Positions 1 through 9,834 are shown, counted from the stretch's first letter. The stretch: DNA of 64,000 nt from Spirochaetota bacterium (GCA_963664815.2 CAXXHB010000001.1:1-64000), one strand, 5' to 3'. Program-made: numbers and translations. Notes: a model not told the origin generated them from the letters alone.

Positions 1-71
1 TTATCGCAGTTTCCTGGAAAGAAAATCTATTTTCGGCAGAAATAGAATGAAATAATATTTTACACATAGAG

Positions 72-101
72 TTGACAAAATAAAATATACGTTATTATAA
101 T
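72..101 (+). promoter_or_regulatory. sigma70-type promoter
   Basis: TTGACA (72-77), 18 nt spacer, TATAAT (96-101), upstream of the ORF at 169. Confidence 0.7.
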
Positions 102-168
102 GTACAAAAAAAGTCATCCCCATTAATATCTACAACATACATTTTGAAGATTTTCTTCAGGAGGCAAT

Positions 169-1623
169 ATGAATTTCAGATTAAAATTTTTTGCAATGAT
201 TATACTTGCGGCAGCCTTAACATTTACAGCGTGTTATGGAGGAGGAGGTTCCGGCGGAGAAACAGAAACACCCGCATCGACTTTATTTGCGAACAAAACC
301 TATATAGCGGCCGGAGCACAATGCGCCGCAGGTGGTGTACAGATAGATATGGGGTTTGATAATAATAAAAACAATAAACTCGATGCGGACGAAATAACTA
401 AAACCGAATATGTCTGCAACGGAGAGGACGCATCATCGCACCCGTTTGTTGTTTATACAAGCCCTGCACCAAATGAAACAGATGTAGAGCTAGATACAGT
501 AATCAGCGCAGTGTTCAACACTGAGATGGATGGGAGTACAATTACAGATACGACATTTACAGTGAAAGATTCCAACGGAAATAGTGTAGCCGGAACGGTG
601 AGTTACAGCGGAATTGTTGCGGTTTTCACTCCTGCAGAACCTCTTAGTATTAACAAAAAATATACAGTAAGCCTGGCGTCGTCTATTGAAAATGATAATG
701 ACATAGCAATGGACTATAATCACAAAATATATTTTACCAGCGGAAAAGCCGCAGTAATCTACAAAGCCAATGGAGCAACTGGCGGAACCGTACCTGTTAA
801 CGCAAACAGGTACGGCACAGGTGAGTCTGTAACGGCAAGTGCAAATACAGGGAGTCTGTATAAAACCGGATATAGTTTCTGCGGATGGAATACAAAAGCT
901 GATGGGACAGGTACATCGAAATCCGAAGGGAGTACGATAACTATTGCAAACAGCAGTGTAATATTATACGCAGTTTGGGTAATTGTCCCGGTAAGTGGTG
1001 TTATGGTAAATAATAGTATGATTATTGAAAAAGGTTTTTCGATGGAACTGACACCAACTGTAACTCCATCTAATGCCACGAACCATGAAGTAACATGGTT
1101 AAGCTCCGTTACTACTGTGGCAACCGTATCCAGTGATGGTCTAGTAACAGCTGTAAATGAAGGTACAACAATAATTACAGTAAAAACTGTCGATGGAACA
1201 TTTACAGATACCTCCATAGTAACAGTTTCGCCTGCGATAACTTCGGGATTAGGTGCAGCAGATCGTGCAGTGTTGTTGTTTATGAAAAATCATGCAGAAT
1301 GGGCTTCGGCAATAGGAACTTGGACATCTGCAAATACCGATACATGTGGCGTTAATTCCTCAATGGTGCAAAGCAAAATCGTTGATGGGGTTTGTAGAAT
1401 TACTAAAATTGATGTACCTGGATTATCTATTACTTCGCTTCCTGATGAAATTGGAAATCTTACAGAATTGAATTATCTTAGTGTTGTAAATAATTCTTTG
1501 ACCAATGTTCCTGAGTTTACAGTTTTTAATAAATTAAATTATCTGTATTTGGCAGATAATTCGATAATTTCATTTCCAAATTCTATTAATAGACTTACAA
1601 ATTTATTGGATTATTCTCGGTAA
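169..1623 (+). CDS. surface lipoprotein with Ig-like (SbsA/Big_5-type), InlB B-repeat, Big_2 and C-terminal LRR domains; probably truncated by a frameshift
   Basis: Lipobox FTAC; VVYTSPAPN...VFN Ig-like segment; GYSFCGWNTKADGTG...LYAVW repeat; LTPTVTPSNATN..VTW Big_2; LPDEIGNLTELNYLSVVNN LRRs ending abruptly. Confidence 0.8.
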   Translation: MNFRLKFFAMIILAAALTFTACYGGGGSGGETETPASTLFANKTYIAAGAQCAAGGVQIDMGFDNNKNNKLDADEITKTEYVCNGEDASSHPFVVYTSPAPNETDVELDTVISAVFNTEMDGSTITDTTFTVKDSNGNSVAGTVSYSGIVAVFTPAEPLSINKKYTVSLASSIENDNDIAMDYNHKIYFTSGKAAVIYKANGATGGTVPVNANRYGTGESVTASANTGSLYKTGYSFCGWNTKADGTGTSKSEGSTITIANSSVILYAVWVIVPVSGVMVNNSMIIEKGFSMELTPTVTPSNATNHEVTWLSSVTTVATVSSDGLVTAVNEGTTIITVKTVDGTFTDTSIVTVSPAITSGLGAADRAVLLFMKNHAEWASAIGTWTSANTDTCGVNSSMVQSKIVDGVCRITKIDVPGLSITSLPDEIGNLTELNYLSVVNNSLTNVPEFTVFNKLNYLYLADNSIISFPNSINRLTNLLDYSR

Positions 1624-1785
1624 TAATGTAATAAATTTACAAAAATTGCGGAGAAAAAATTTAGTATATTAGATGAAACTTTTAAATTTCTCAAAATGCT
1701 TTTAGATGGTCAGAAGTCCATATTTTTATTATGGAAGAGGGTAAAAAGGGTTGTGAGAATAGCTATAAAACGAATATCACATTCC

Positions 1786-1992
1786 AAAATTTAATTTAAA
1801 CAGGTCGTATTGGATACTTCTTTTCAAGGCCGCCCTTTTTATGACATCCTGTCATGTGGCGGCAGGTGAAGATCGTGTTCGCTCAATGATACTGGTTTGA
1901 CATTAAGATAAGATTCATTATGGACATTTAACTCCAGCGAGTGGATCTAAAACTCGCTGTGTTTTTATCGCAGTTTCCTGAATAGAAAAAGA
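1786..1992 (+). repeat. ~205-bp dispersed non-coding element, full copy A
   Basis: Aligns end to end with the reverse complement of 55819-56022; partial copies at 1-25, 39971-40000, 42071-42103 and 47981-48030. Confidence 0.75.
1936..1967 (+). terminator. hairpin followed by T-run
   Basis: CAGCGAGT-ggatctaaa-ACTCGCTG then TGTTTTT. Confidence 0.5.
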
Positions 1993-3092
1993 TTCAATGA
2001 TTTCAGGTGTACAGGTTCTGGTTGGAATAAGATATTCCTTTTCCAGTGAGAAATCAGTGGTGGGGGATAATGGGAAATTATGAATAAAATCTGGACAATA
2101 ATTTATTCTGAGCCTATTTGATTATATTTAAATAATATTGTATCCCTGCCGAAATACATAAACTTCCGGTGACGGCCCCCGCACCCCTTGCCTGTTGATT
2201 AATCAAAGTATTAATTGACAGGCAGGAAATTATAAACCATGATGAAAATATCAAAGGTATGGAGATTATACATGGCAAAGTATAAACCTATAGAGAGGGG
2301 ACAAGGATATTTTTTAACAATATATCCGGAAGAAATATTTGATGATAATTCAATAGAGAAGGTAATTGATAGATTCATAGATGAATATGTTGATACAAAA
2401 CCATTTGATAAAAAATATAAGAATGATACGGTAGGGCAAAAGGCGATAGAGCCCTCGGCAAAATTGAAAGTAATTTTATATGGATTAAGCCAGGGGATAG
2501 AGTCGATGAGAAAGATCGAGAGAATGCTTAATCGCAATCATCCCGGATTTTTATTTTTAAGCGGCGGCAGATCAATAGATTATTCGACACTTTGCCGTTT
2601 TCTTAACGATTTTCCAGATCAGATTCCAGTTATCTTTGCCCGTTTATTATATATACTTGAAGAATTAAATCTGATAGACTGGCGCAGAATAATGATAGAC
2701 GGTACAAAGATAAGCAGTAATGCCAGTAAAGAATTTACACGAGACAAGGAAGGTTTCGATAAGAAGCTAAAACATTATGAGAACCTATCCGCGAAACTTT
2801 TAGCGAGAGCAAAATACATATCAGAGTTAAAAGATAATGACGAAATAAGCGAAGAAGAATTAAATAAAGAGAAAGATCTGATAGAAAAGCAGAAAAATAA
2901 ATATGACCAGATCATGATGAAAATAAAGTCATATGAGGATGAGGTCAAAGAGGAAAGAATCACACCTGAAACAAAAGTGAACTTAACCGATAGTGAGAGT
3001 AAGCTTCTTAAAAAGGATGAAAGCTATTGATCTTCCCCTGATATAGTGGACATTAAGTTAAGCCGAAAATATAATAAATTTGGAGGCTTACA

Positions 3093-3383
3093 ATGTCAGA
3101 GAGAAGTAAATACAGCCCGGAATTTAAGAAAGAGGCTGTAGAATTATTAAGAACCAGCGGAAAGACATCACTTGAAATAGCGAATGATCTTGGGATTAAA
3201 AGAGATAATCTATTGCGCTGGAATAGGGAAATTGAAACAGAGGAAAGGAATTCCGGGACAATAACAATAAATCCTCAGGATAGTGAAGAAATTAAACGAC
3301 TCAAGAAGGAAATGTTGATTCTTAAGCAGGAGCGTGACATTCTAAAAAAGGCTCTGGGCATATTCTCGAAACCACAAGAATGA
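3093..3383 (+). CDS. IS3 transposase OrfA (HTH)
   Basis: KYSPEFKKEAV...ERDILKKA; slippery A_AAA_AAG at 3344-3350 for the -1 frameshift. Confidence 0.92.
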   Translation: MSERSKYSPEFKKEAVELLRTSGKTSLEIANDLGIKRDNLLRWNREIETEERNSGTITINPQDSEEIKRLKKEMLILKQERDILKKALGIFSKPQE

Positions 3384-4250
3384 AATATGAATTCATCAAG
3401 GAACAGAGTACTGAATTTCCAGTATCGAGGATATGCCAGATTATGGATGTGAGTAAAAAGCGGTTATTATGCCTGGCTGAAAGCTCCAAAGAGTATAAGA
3501 GGGCTTGAAAATGAAATACTATTGGAGAGGATAAAATCATCACATGAATCAAGCGGAGAGAGCTATGGCAGCCCCAGAATTCATCAGGATTTACTTGAAG
3601 AAGGTATTTTCTGCGGAATACATAGGGTTGAGAGGCTGATGAATGTGAATGGGATTCATGCAAAGACAAAGAAAAAATTTAAGGCAACCACTGATTCGGG
3701 TCATTCTTTGCCAGTGTCTGAGAATATACTAGACAGGAATTTTACTGTTGAAGAGAAAGATAAAGTATATGTGTCAGATATAACCTATATCTGGACATTA
3801 GAAGGCTGGCTGTATTTATGTATAGTAATGGATTTATTTTCCAGAATGATAGTCGGATGGTCAATGGCAAATCATATGAGAGCTGAACTTGTTGAAGATG
3901 CTTTTAACATGGCCTGTATGAGAAGAAATCCGGGCCCTGGCCTGATATTCCATTCTGATAGAGGTAAACAATATGCCAGCAAATCCTTCAGGGAATTACT
4001 TGAATCAAAGAAATGTATTCAGAGTATGAGCAGGAATGGCAATTGCTGGGATAATGCCTGTGCTGAATCTTTATTTCATTCGATGAAAACAGAAGAATTT
4101 TATTTTAATATTTACAAAACAAGGAATGAGGCTAAGAGAAGTATCTTTAGATATATTGAAATATTTTATAACCGTAAAAGAAGGCATTCACATCTGGGTT
4201 ATAAAAGTCCGGAGATTTTTGAAAGATTAAATCTTAAAATAATGGCTTAA
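3380..4250 (+). pseudogene. IS3 transposase OrfB (rve DDE), with an extra A at 3455-3459 breaking the frame
   Basis: MKYEFIKE...VSK frame shifts to SGYYAWLK; SDITY, HSDRGKQY and WDNACAES motifs. Confidence 0.85.
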
Positions 4251-5152
4251 CAAAGTGTCCATTTTTTCGGGGGAACATCACTATATTCAGGGATATAACG
4301 TGCAGGCGGCATTTTGCAGCAACGACATACTTCTTTCAATAGAGGCCACATCTAAAGAAAGCGATATAAGCCTGCTTTCAGATATGGTAGAAAAAGTAGA
4401 AGTTGCTAAAGAAAGCAATGCAGTTAAATGTGAAAGTGAGTATTTATTAGACAAAGGTTATTTCAACATTACACAGATGAGTGAATTAATTCAGGAAGGT
4501 AAAGATTTATATATAGCACCCCCATTACATTTTACAGAGAGCTGGTTTATAAAGGGAGAACATCATGTACAACAAGAAGAAGATGGAGTATATTTTTTCT
4601 GCAAAGGTAAACGTAAGAAAAAGGGGAGATTAGAAAAATCTGACAATAAGTACAAATTCACATTGAGCCGTAATTTTTGTGTAGGATGTGAGCATTATTC
4701 ATCATGCTGGAAAGATAAGGATAGAAATAAGAGCAGAGTCTTTACGGTATCAAAAACCTATGTTGATAACAAAGAACTCTGGTTCAAATATAGAGATCGA
4801 ATGCAAAGCGAAGAATGGAAGTATAAATATAACAGGCGTATTGGAAAAGAACACAATTTCTTTGACTTGAAATTCAACAATGGTCTGAGCCGTTTGAATT
4901 GGCGGGGACGAAAGAAATGTAATACTATATCGATTCTGGCCGGCATTACATATAACCTGAAAAAACTTCAGAAGGCAGTAGCGGATATAGGATGGGTTGG
5001 AATTCAATCTGCAGTAGCGTGAGAAGATGTCGTGGATGGTTTATGCGATGTATATGAAGTCGAAGTAAAATATTTGAATAATTAGAAAGTATAATAAAAA
5101 TTTATAGAAAATTCATACTTCCTGTTTTGAATTTTTATTATTCAACATGCTA

Positions 5153-5380
5153 CCCCCGGAGGGGGCAAAGATAGTCTTGCCCCCTCCGGGGGTGCGGGGG
5201 CTGTTATGTACCGGTAGCTGAGAGTGTATCTAATTGCCGGAGTGCAATGGTGGGGGCTGTTAAGTACCGGTAGCTGAGAGTGTATCTAACCGCCGGAGTG
5301 CAATGGTGCGTGGGCTGTTAAGTACCGGTAGCGGAGAGTATACTCTACCGGCAGCGGCTAAATGGCCGCAGGCCATTAAG
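5153..5380 (+). repeat. GC palindrome (right part) plus ~3 tandem 56-bp units
   Basis: CCCCCGGAGGGGGCAAAGATAGTCTTGCCCCCTCCGGGGGTGCGGGGG then GGGGGCTGTTAAGTACCGGTAGCTGAGAGTGTATCTAA... units starting at 5196, 5252 and ~5310. Confidence 0.9.
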
Positions 5381-5386
5381 GCCAAG

Positions 5387-5842
5387 TTACATGAACTCCA
5401 TTTTTGTACCCCCCGGCACAAGACGGTTGAAGACTGCCACTGAGAGATGTCTTATATGTTCCCTCAGGTACTCATTTTCAGGGTCAAGTGGGAGCTCCTC
5501 TATTTTCAAGCTTACGAAGGTATTATAATCGGCGTACTCCTTCTGCTCTTTGAACATCGTAAACAGGTTAAACAGAACGGAGATCACTTCATCAAGCTTT
5601 GAAGTGGCCATCCATGCCATGGGGTGGTATGTATAATAGTTATCAAGGTTGAACTGGATAGAGGATGCAGCCATTGAGCTGAAGTTGTAGACAGGATCAT
5701 TTTGCGCTCCGCAGTTAGGACATTGGTAGTGTCCCTCGGCATAAGGGAGATACGATTTTCCGCATGCAGTGCATTGCGGCACATCCTCATGAAAGTGAAT
5801 AGTCACTGTAAACCTCCCGGCGGATCCATAATCTTCCGACAC
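5387..5842 (-). CDS. hypothetical zinc-ribbon protein; 5' end overlaps a repeat unit
   Basis: CTAC and CPNC pairs; start uncertain. Confidence 0.55.
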   Translation of the reverse strand: MSEDYGSAGRFTVTIHFHEDVPQCTACGKSYLPYAEGHYQCPNCGAQNDPVYNFSSMAASSIQFNLDNYYTYHPMAWMATSKLDEVISVLFNLFTMFKEQKEYADYNTFVSLKIEELPLDPENEYLREHIRHLSVAVFNRLVPGGTKMEFM

Positions 5843-6461
5843 CAGCCCCCTAAATCACCGGCGGATCCTAAACTTCCGGTGACGGCCCACTAAATCCCCC
5901 GGCGGGGGACTTGAAGATACTGTTATTAAACTATTTGTGTTAAATATTTTCTTATTTCAGACAGAACATAATCTATATTGTTAATTACATCTTCATTTTT
6001 AAATCGTAAAGTGGTTATCCCGGCACTCTTAAGATATTCATCCCTGTAATCGTCATAATCCTTTCTGAGTTTATGAACATCCCCATCGATCTCTACTGCA
6101 AGCTTTTTCTCATGACAGTAAAAATCAAGTATGTATCTGTGTATTGGATGCTGAATTCTGAATCTAAAACCTTCTATTTTTTTAGTTTTTAATTCATTCC
6201 ACAATATTTCTTCCGGAATTGTTAAATTCATCCGCATTTTTCTGGCAAGCTCGATAATATATTTTGGAGATCTTATCTTTGAACTCATAAATGTATTATT
6301 TCAGATAAATATTTATTTGTAAAGCATTCTTTAAGTCCCCCCGGAGGATCCATAAACTTCCGCCACCAGCCCCCTGAATCCCACGGAAGATCCTAAACTT
6401 CCGCCACCAGCCCCCGCACCCCCGGAGGGGGCAAAGATAGTCTTGCCCCCTCCGGGGGTGC
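5815..6461 (+). mobile_element. putative DUF559-associated repeat element (40-bp units, IR, gene, partial IR, 40-bp units, palindrome)
   Basis: TAAATCCCCCGGCGGGGGACTT at 5891-5912 and AAGTCCCCCC at 6333 flank the nuclease gene; deleted derivatives at 24.5, 38.8 and 61.4 kb. Confidence 0.55.
5926..6288 (-). CDS. DUF559 / Vsr-like PD-(D/E)XK endonuclease domain protein
   Basis: ARKMRMNLTIPEEILWNEL...FRIQHPIHRYILDFYCHEKKLAVEIDGDVH...DDYRDEYL...LRFKNEDV. Confidence 0.9.
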   Translation of the reverse strand: MSSKIRSPKYIIELARKMRMNLTIPEEILWNELKTKKIEGFRFRIQHPIHRYILDFYCHEKKLAVEIDGDVHKLRKDYDDYRDEYLKSAGITTLRFKNEDVINNIDYVLSEIRKYLTQIV

Positions 6462-6816
6462 GGGGGCCGTTAAGTACCGGTAGCTGAGAGTGTATCTAAT
6501 TGCCGGAGTGCAATGGCGGGGGCTATTAAGTACCGGTAGCTGAGAGTGTATCTAATCGCCAGACTGCAATGGTGGGGGCTATTAAGTACCGGTAGCTGAG
6601 AGTGTATCTAATCGCCAGACTGCAATGGCGGGGGCCGTTAAGTACCGGTAGCTGAGAGTGTATCTAATTGCCGGAGTGCAATGGCGGGGGCTATTAAGTA
6701 CCGGTAGCTGAGAGTGTATCTAATTGCCAGAGTGCAATGGCGGGGGCCGTTAAGTACCGGTAGCTGAGAGTGTATCTAACCGCCGGAGTGCAATGGCGGG
6801 GGCTGTTAAGTACCGG
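6462..6816 (+). repeat. tandem array of six 56-bp units plus a partial unit
   Basis: Units start at 6462, 6518, 6574, 6630, 6686, 6742 and 6798 and differ by only a few substitutions. Confidence 0.95.
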
Positions 6817-6854
6817 GAGAGCTATAGCAGGGGGCTTCTGGCACAAATAAAAAT

Positions 6855-9095
6855 TTGATTATGCCCATGTTCATAAATATAATTTATATGAGAAAAATTA
6901 TGAATATGGCCTATGTAATATATTCCGCTTTAATAATTGTAAGTGCAGCAGTTATCGTTTCAGCCGTACTCTATTTTCGCCGGAAGAGAGAAACGGTTGT
7001 CGGATTGCCTGTCAAACTGGTGTCTCTGTTTGCTGTTCTGGCAGCAGGCATTATTGCTGCCGGTTATATGAATTTCCGACAGTTCAGAAATTTCTACCAG
7101 AAGGAGATTGAAAACCAGCTGTTATCCATTGCAGATCTGAAAGTAAGTGAACTTGTGCAGTGGAGGAATGAAAGGATTGCAGACGGCAATGTCTTTTATG
7201 ACAATAAAGCATTTAATAATCTTTACGGAAGATTTCTTTCAAATACCGATGACACGGATACGAAAAAGCAGATTTACTCCTGGCTCAATAATGTCTGCAG
7301 CTCATATAATTATGAACAGGTACTTCTGCTTAATTCAGCCGGTAAAAAACTTATATCGATAAATAATAAACAGAATATACCGGATGGCCAATGGGCAGGT
7401 TATCTCAATGAAGCAGGACGCCTTAAAAAATCAGTGTTGACTGATCTGCACAGAGTATCACCCGGCAGCCCGGTGCACCTTGCTGTGATAGTTCCAGTTG
7501 TTAATGCATATGAAATTAATAGAATCAGCGGATTTATCGTAATGGTGATAAATCCGGAATTATATCTTTATCCCTTTCTTAAAAAATGGCCTACATCGAG
7601 CAAAACTGCAGAGACACTGCTTGTACGGCGCGATGGTGATGATGTACTCTACTTGAATGAATTGAGATTCAGGGATAATACGGCTTTGAATTTTCGCATA
7701 CCACTCAGTGAAACGGAGAAGCCGGCGGTAATGGCAGTCCTTGGAAAGGAGGGTGTTTTTGAGGGTACAGACTATCGCGGCAGGAGTGTAGTATCAGCGC
7801 TCCGTTCTGTACCGGAGTCGGGATGGTTTCTGGTGGCCAGAGTTGATACTTCTGAAGTAAACCGGCCGGTGAAGGTACGCTATTACGCGATGATATTAAT
7901 AATTGCAGCTCTGGTCTCTGCAATGGGGGCTGTTTTCTGGATAATATGGAGAAGGCGGAACGAAAAGTTTTACCGTGAACAGTATAAAATTACAGAAGAG
8001 CTGCGCGTCAGTGAAGAGAGGTTTAAAAATGTTTTTGAACACGCACCTATCGGCAAATCATTAACTACAACCGAGGGTAAAATAAATATTAACCAGGCTT
8101 TTTGTACAATGCTTGGGTATTCGAGGGATGAATTAGAGGGTTTAACCTGGATGGAGATTACACACCCTGATGATATCGAATTTACTCAGAGAAACATCGA
8201 TTCACTTATAAATGGAGAAAATGAATTTGCCCGTTTTCAGAAAAGATATATGCATAAAAACGGTTCAACCGTCTGGACAGATGTCAGCTCATACCTGCAG
8301 AGGGGAAAGTCAGGGGAACCGTTATATTTTATTACAGCGGCCAATGATATAACCGCCCGTAAACTGGCGGAAGAGGAGAGGCAGAAGCTTATTGAGGAAC
8401 TAGAACGGTCAAACTATGAACTTCAGCAGTTTGCCTATGTTGCATCCCATGACCTTCAGGAGCCGCTAAGGATGATCTCAAGCTATCTTCAGCTTATCGA
8501 ACGGAGATATATGGATAAGCTTGATAATGATGCCAATGATTTTATAAAATTTGCGGTAGATGGAGCAAACAGGCTGCAGTCCCTGATTGTTGGCCTGCTG
8601 GAATTTTCACGGATAAAAACATCAGGAAAAGAATTCAGGGAAGTGGATGTAAACAGAATTTTAAATAAAGTACTTACGGATATTGAACTGCAGGTTAATG
8701 AATCGGGTGCAGTTATTGAGCGGGAAAAAATGCCTGTAATAAATGGCGATGAAGCGCAGATCTTCAGACTTTTTCAGAATATCATACAGAATGGAATCAA
8801 GTTCAGACGGGAAGGGGTAAAACCTCATATAACAATATCATTTGAAAAATCGGGGAAAGAGTATATATTTATTATAAAAGACAATGGTATAGGCATTGAG
8901 GAACAGTATTTTGAACGTATATTTATAATATTTCAGAGACTTCACACCAGGGAGGAGTATCCAGGAACAGGTATCGGGCTTTCAATATGTAAAAGAATTG
9001 TTGAAAGGCATGGGGGAAGAATATGGATAGAATCAAAGCAGGGAGAGGGATCATCATTCTGTTTTACAATACCGGAGAACAATGCGCATGATTAA
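6855..9095 (+). CDS. membrane sensor histidine kinase (Cache-like, PAS, Cph1-type HisKA-HATPase); true start probably ~6900
   Basis: TM helices, PAS (ITHPDD), ASHDLQEPLRMI, DNGIGI, GTGIGL. Confidence 0.92.
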   Translation: MIMPMFINIIYMRKIMNMAYVIYSALIIVSAAVIVSAVLYFRRKRETVVGLPVKLVSLFAVLAAGIIAAGYMNFRQFRNFYQKEIENQLLSIADLKVSELVQWRNERIADGNVFYDNKAFNNLYGRFLSNTDDTDTKKQIYSWLNNVCSSYNYEQVLLLNSAGKKLISINNKQNIPDGQWAGYLNEAGRLKKSVLTDLHRVSPGSPVHLAVIVPVVNAYEINRISGFIVMVINPELYLYPFLKKWPTSSKTAETLLVRRDGDDVLYLNELRFRDNTALNFRIPLSETEKPAVMAVLGKEGVFEGTDYRGRSVVSALRSVPESGWFLVARVDTSEVNRPVKVRYYAMILIIAALVSAMGAVFWIIWRRRNEKFYREQYKITEELRVSEERFKNVFEHAPIGKSLTTTEGKININQAFCTMLGYSRDELEGLTWMEITHPDDIEFTQRNIDSLINGENEFARFQKRYMHKNGSTVWTDVSSYLQRGKSGEPLYFITAANDITARKLAEEERQKLIEELERSNYELQQFAYVASHDLQEPLRMISSYLQLIERRYMDKLDNDANDFIKFAVDGANRLQSLIVGLLEFSRIKTSGKEFREVDVNRILNKVLTDIELQVNESGAVIEREKMPVINGDEAQIFRLFQNIIQNGIKFRREGVKPHITISFEKSGKEYIFIIKDNGIGIEEQYFERIFIIFQRLHTREEYPGTGIGLSICKRIVERHGGRIWIESKQGEGSSFCFTIPENNAHD

Positions 9096-9114
9096 ATCAT
9101 CCGGACCCATGCAC

Positions 9115-9350
9115 CAGCCCCCGCTAAAGCCCCCGCCCCCGCACCCCCGGAGGGGGCAAGGATTTTGCTTTGCCCCCTCCGGGGGTGCGGGGGCTGTTAA
9201 GTTTCTGTTGCTGAAGGTATATTATTCCGGCAGTGGTGCAGTGGTGCAGTGGTGCGGAGGCCGAAGTCGAAAAGAGACGAAAATGTCGGGCGTTGTGCCT
9301 TGCCCCCTCCGGGGGTGCGGGGGCTTAGTAATAGTGTAATGGTGCGGGGG
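9115..9350 (+). repeat. GC palindrome plus degenerate 57-bp-type unit and half-palindrome
   Basis: CCCCCGCACCCCCGGAGGGGGCAAGGATTTTGCTTTGCCCCCTCCGGGGGTGCGGGGG. Confidence 0.85.
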
Positions 9351-9386
9351 CTTTACGGAGTCCGGTAAAATCAGCGGAGGAGCAGT

Positions 9387-9833
9387 ATGAATGAATCGTT
9401 GAAAGCAATAGACATTCTTCTTGTTGAAGACAGTGAGGGTGATGTCCGGCTTGTAAGGGAGGCCCTTAAGGAGAATAAACTGAACAATACACTTTTTGTC
9501 GTAAATGACGGCATTGAGGCAACGGATTTTCTTTTCCGGAAAAACAGATATGCCGATGCCGTGAGGCCGGATCTTATAATACTTGACCTGAATCTGCCGA
9601 AGAAAGACGGCCGGGAGGTTCTGGCGGAGATAAAATCTGATGAAACATTGAAGCGTATACCAGTTGTTGTACTTACTACATCCAGTTCCGAAATGGATAT
9701 AGTGAAAACCTATGATCTTCATGCCAACTGTTATATTGTTAAACCGCTTGATCTTATCAAGTTTATCAATGTGGTCAAAAACATAGAAAACTTCTGGCTC
9801 AGTATTGTCAAGCTTCCCAATGGAAAGCAGTAA
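9387..9833 (+). CDS. single-domain response regulator (Rcp1-like)
   Basis: ILLVEDS, LIILDLNLPKKDG, HANCYIVKP. Confidence 0.93.
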   Translation: MNESLKAIDILLVEDSEGDVRLVREALKENKLNNTLFVVNDGIEATDFLFRKNRYADAVRPDLIILDLNLPKKDGREVLAEIKSDETLKRIPVVVLTTSSSEMDIVKTYDLHANCYIVKPLDLIKFINVVKNIENFWLSIVKLPNGKQ

Positions 9834-9834
9834 C

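Larger units (their letters stand above)
3028..4280 (+). mobile_element. IS3-family insertion sequence (1253 bp)
   Basis: TG...CA ends; IRs TGATCTTCCCCTGATATAGTGGACA / TGTCCATTTTTTCGGGGGAACATCA; 4-bp TSD CTAT at 3024-3027 and 4281-4284; empty site visible in IS copy 2. Confidence 0.95.
2272..5022 (+). pseudogene. IS1182-family DDE transposase split by IS3 insertion
   Basis: N-part with KVILYGLSQGIESMRKIE and IMIDGTKISSNAS; C-part with GYNVQAA, LLDKGY and EHNF; the halves rejoin in frame when IS3 plus CTAT is removed. Confidence 0.88.
2188..5152 (+). mobile_element. IS1182-family insertion sequence, copy 1, interrupted by IS3
   Basis: Imperfect terminal IRs TTGCCTGTTGATTAAT / ATTATTCAACATGCTA; inserted in the arm of the GC palindrome with an apparent CCCC duplication; near-identical inverted copy at 59596-61289. 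Confidence 0.9.

Noticed and set aside
1786-1992. Riboswitch or integron attC
   Set aside because: No recognisable riboswitch consensus; related copies lie upstream of promoters rather than in the 5' UTR; no RYYYAAC/GTTRRRY boxes and no IntI
6462-6816. CRISPR array
   Set aside because: Units are near-identical along their full length with no unique spacers, and no cas genes are present
9082-9339. Small ORFs over the palindromes (also 22057, 35346, 59426)
   Set aside because: Translations of the repeat (PPHPRRGQ...APSGG), not independent genes
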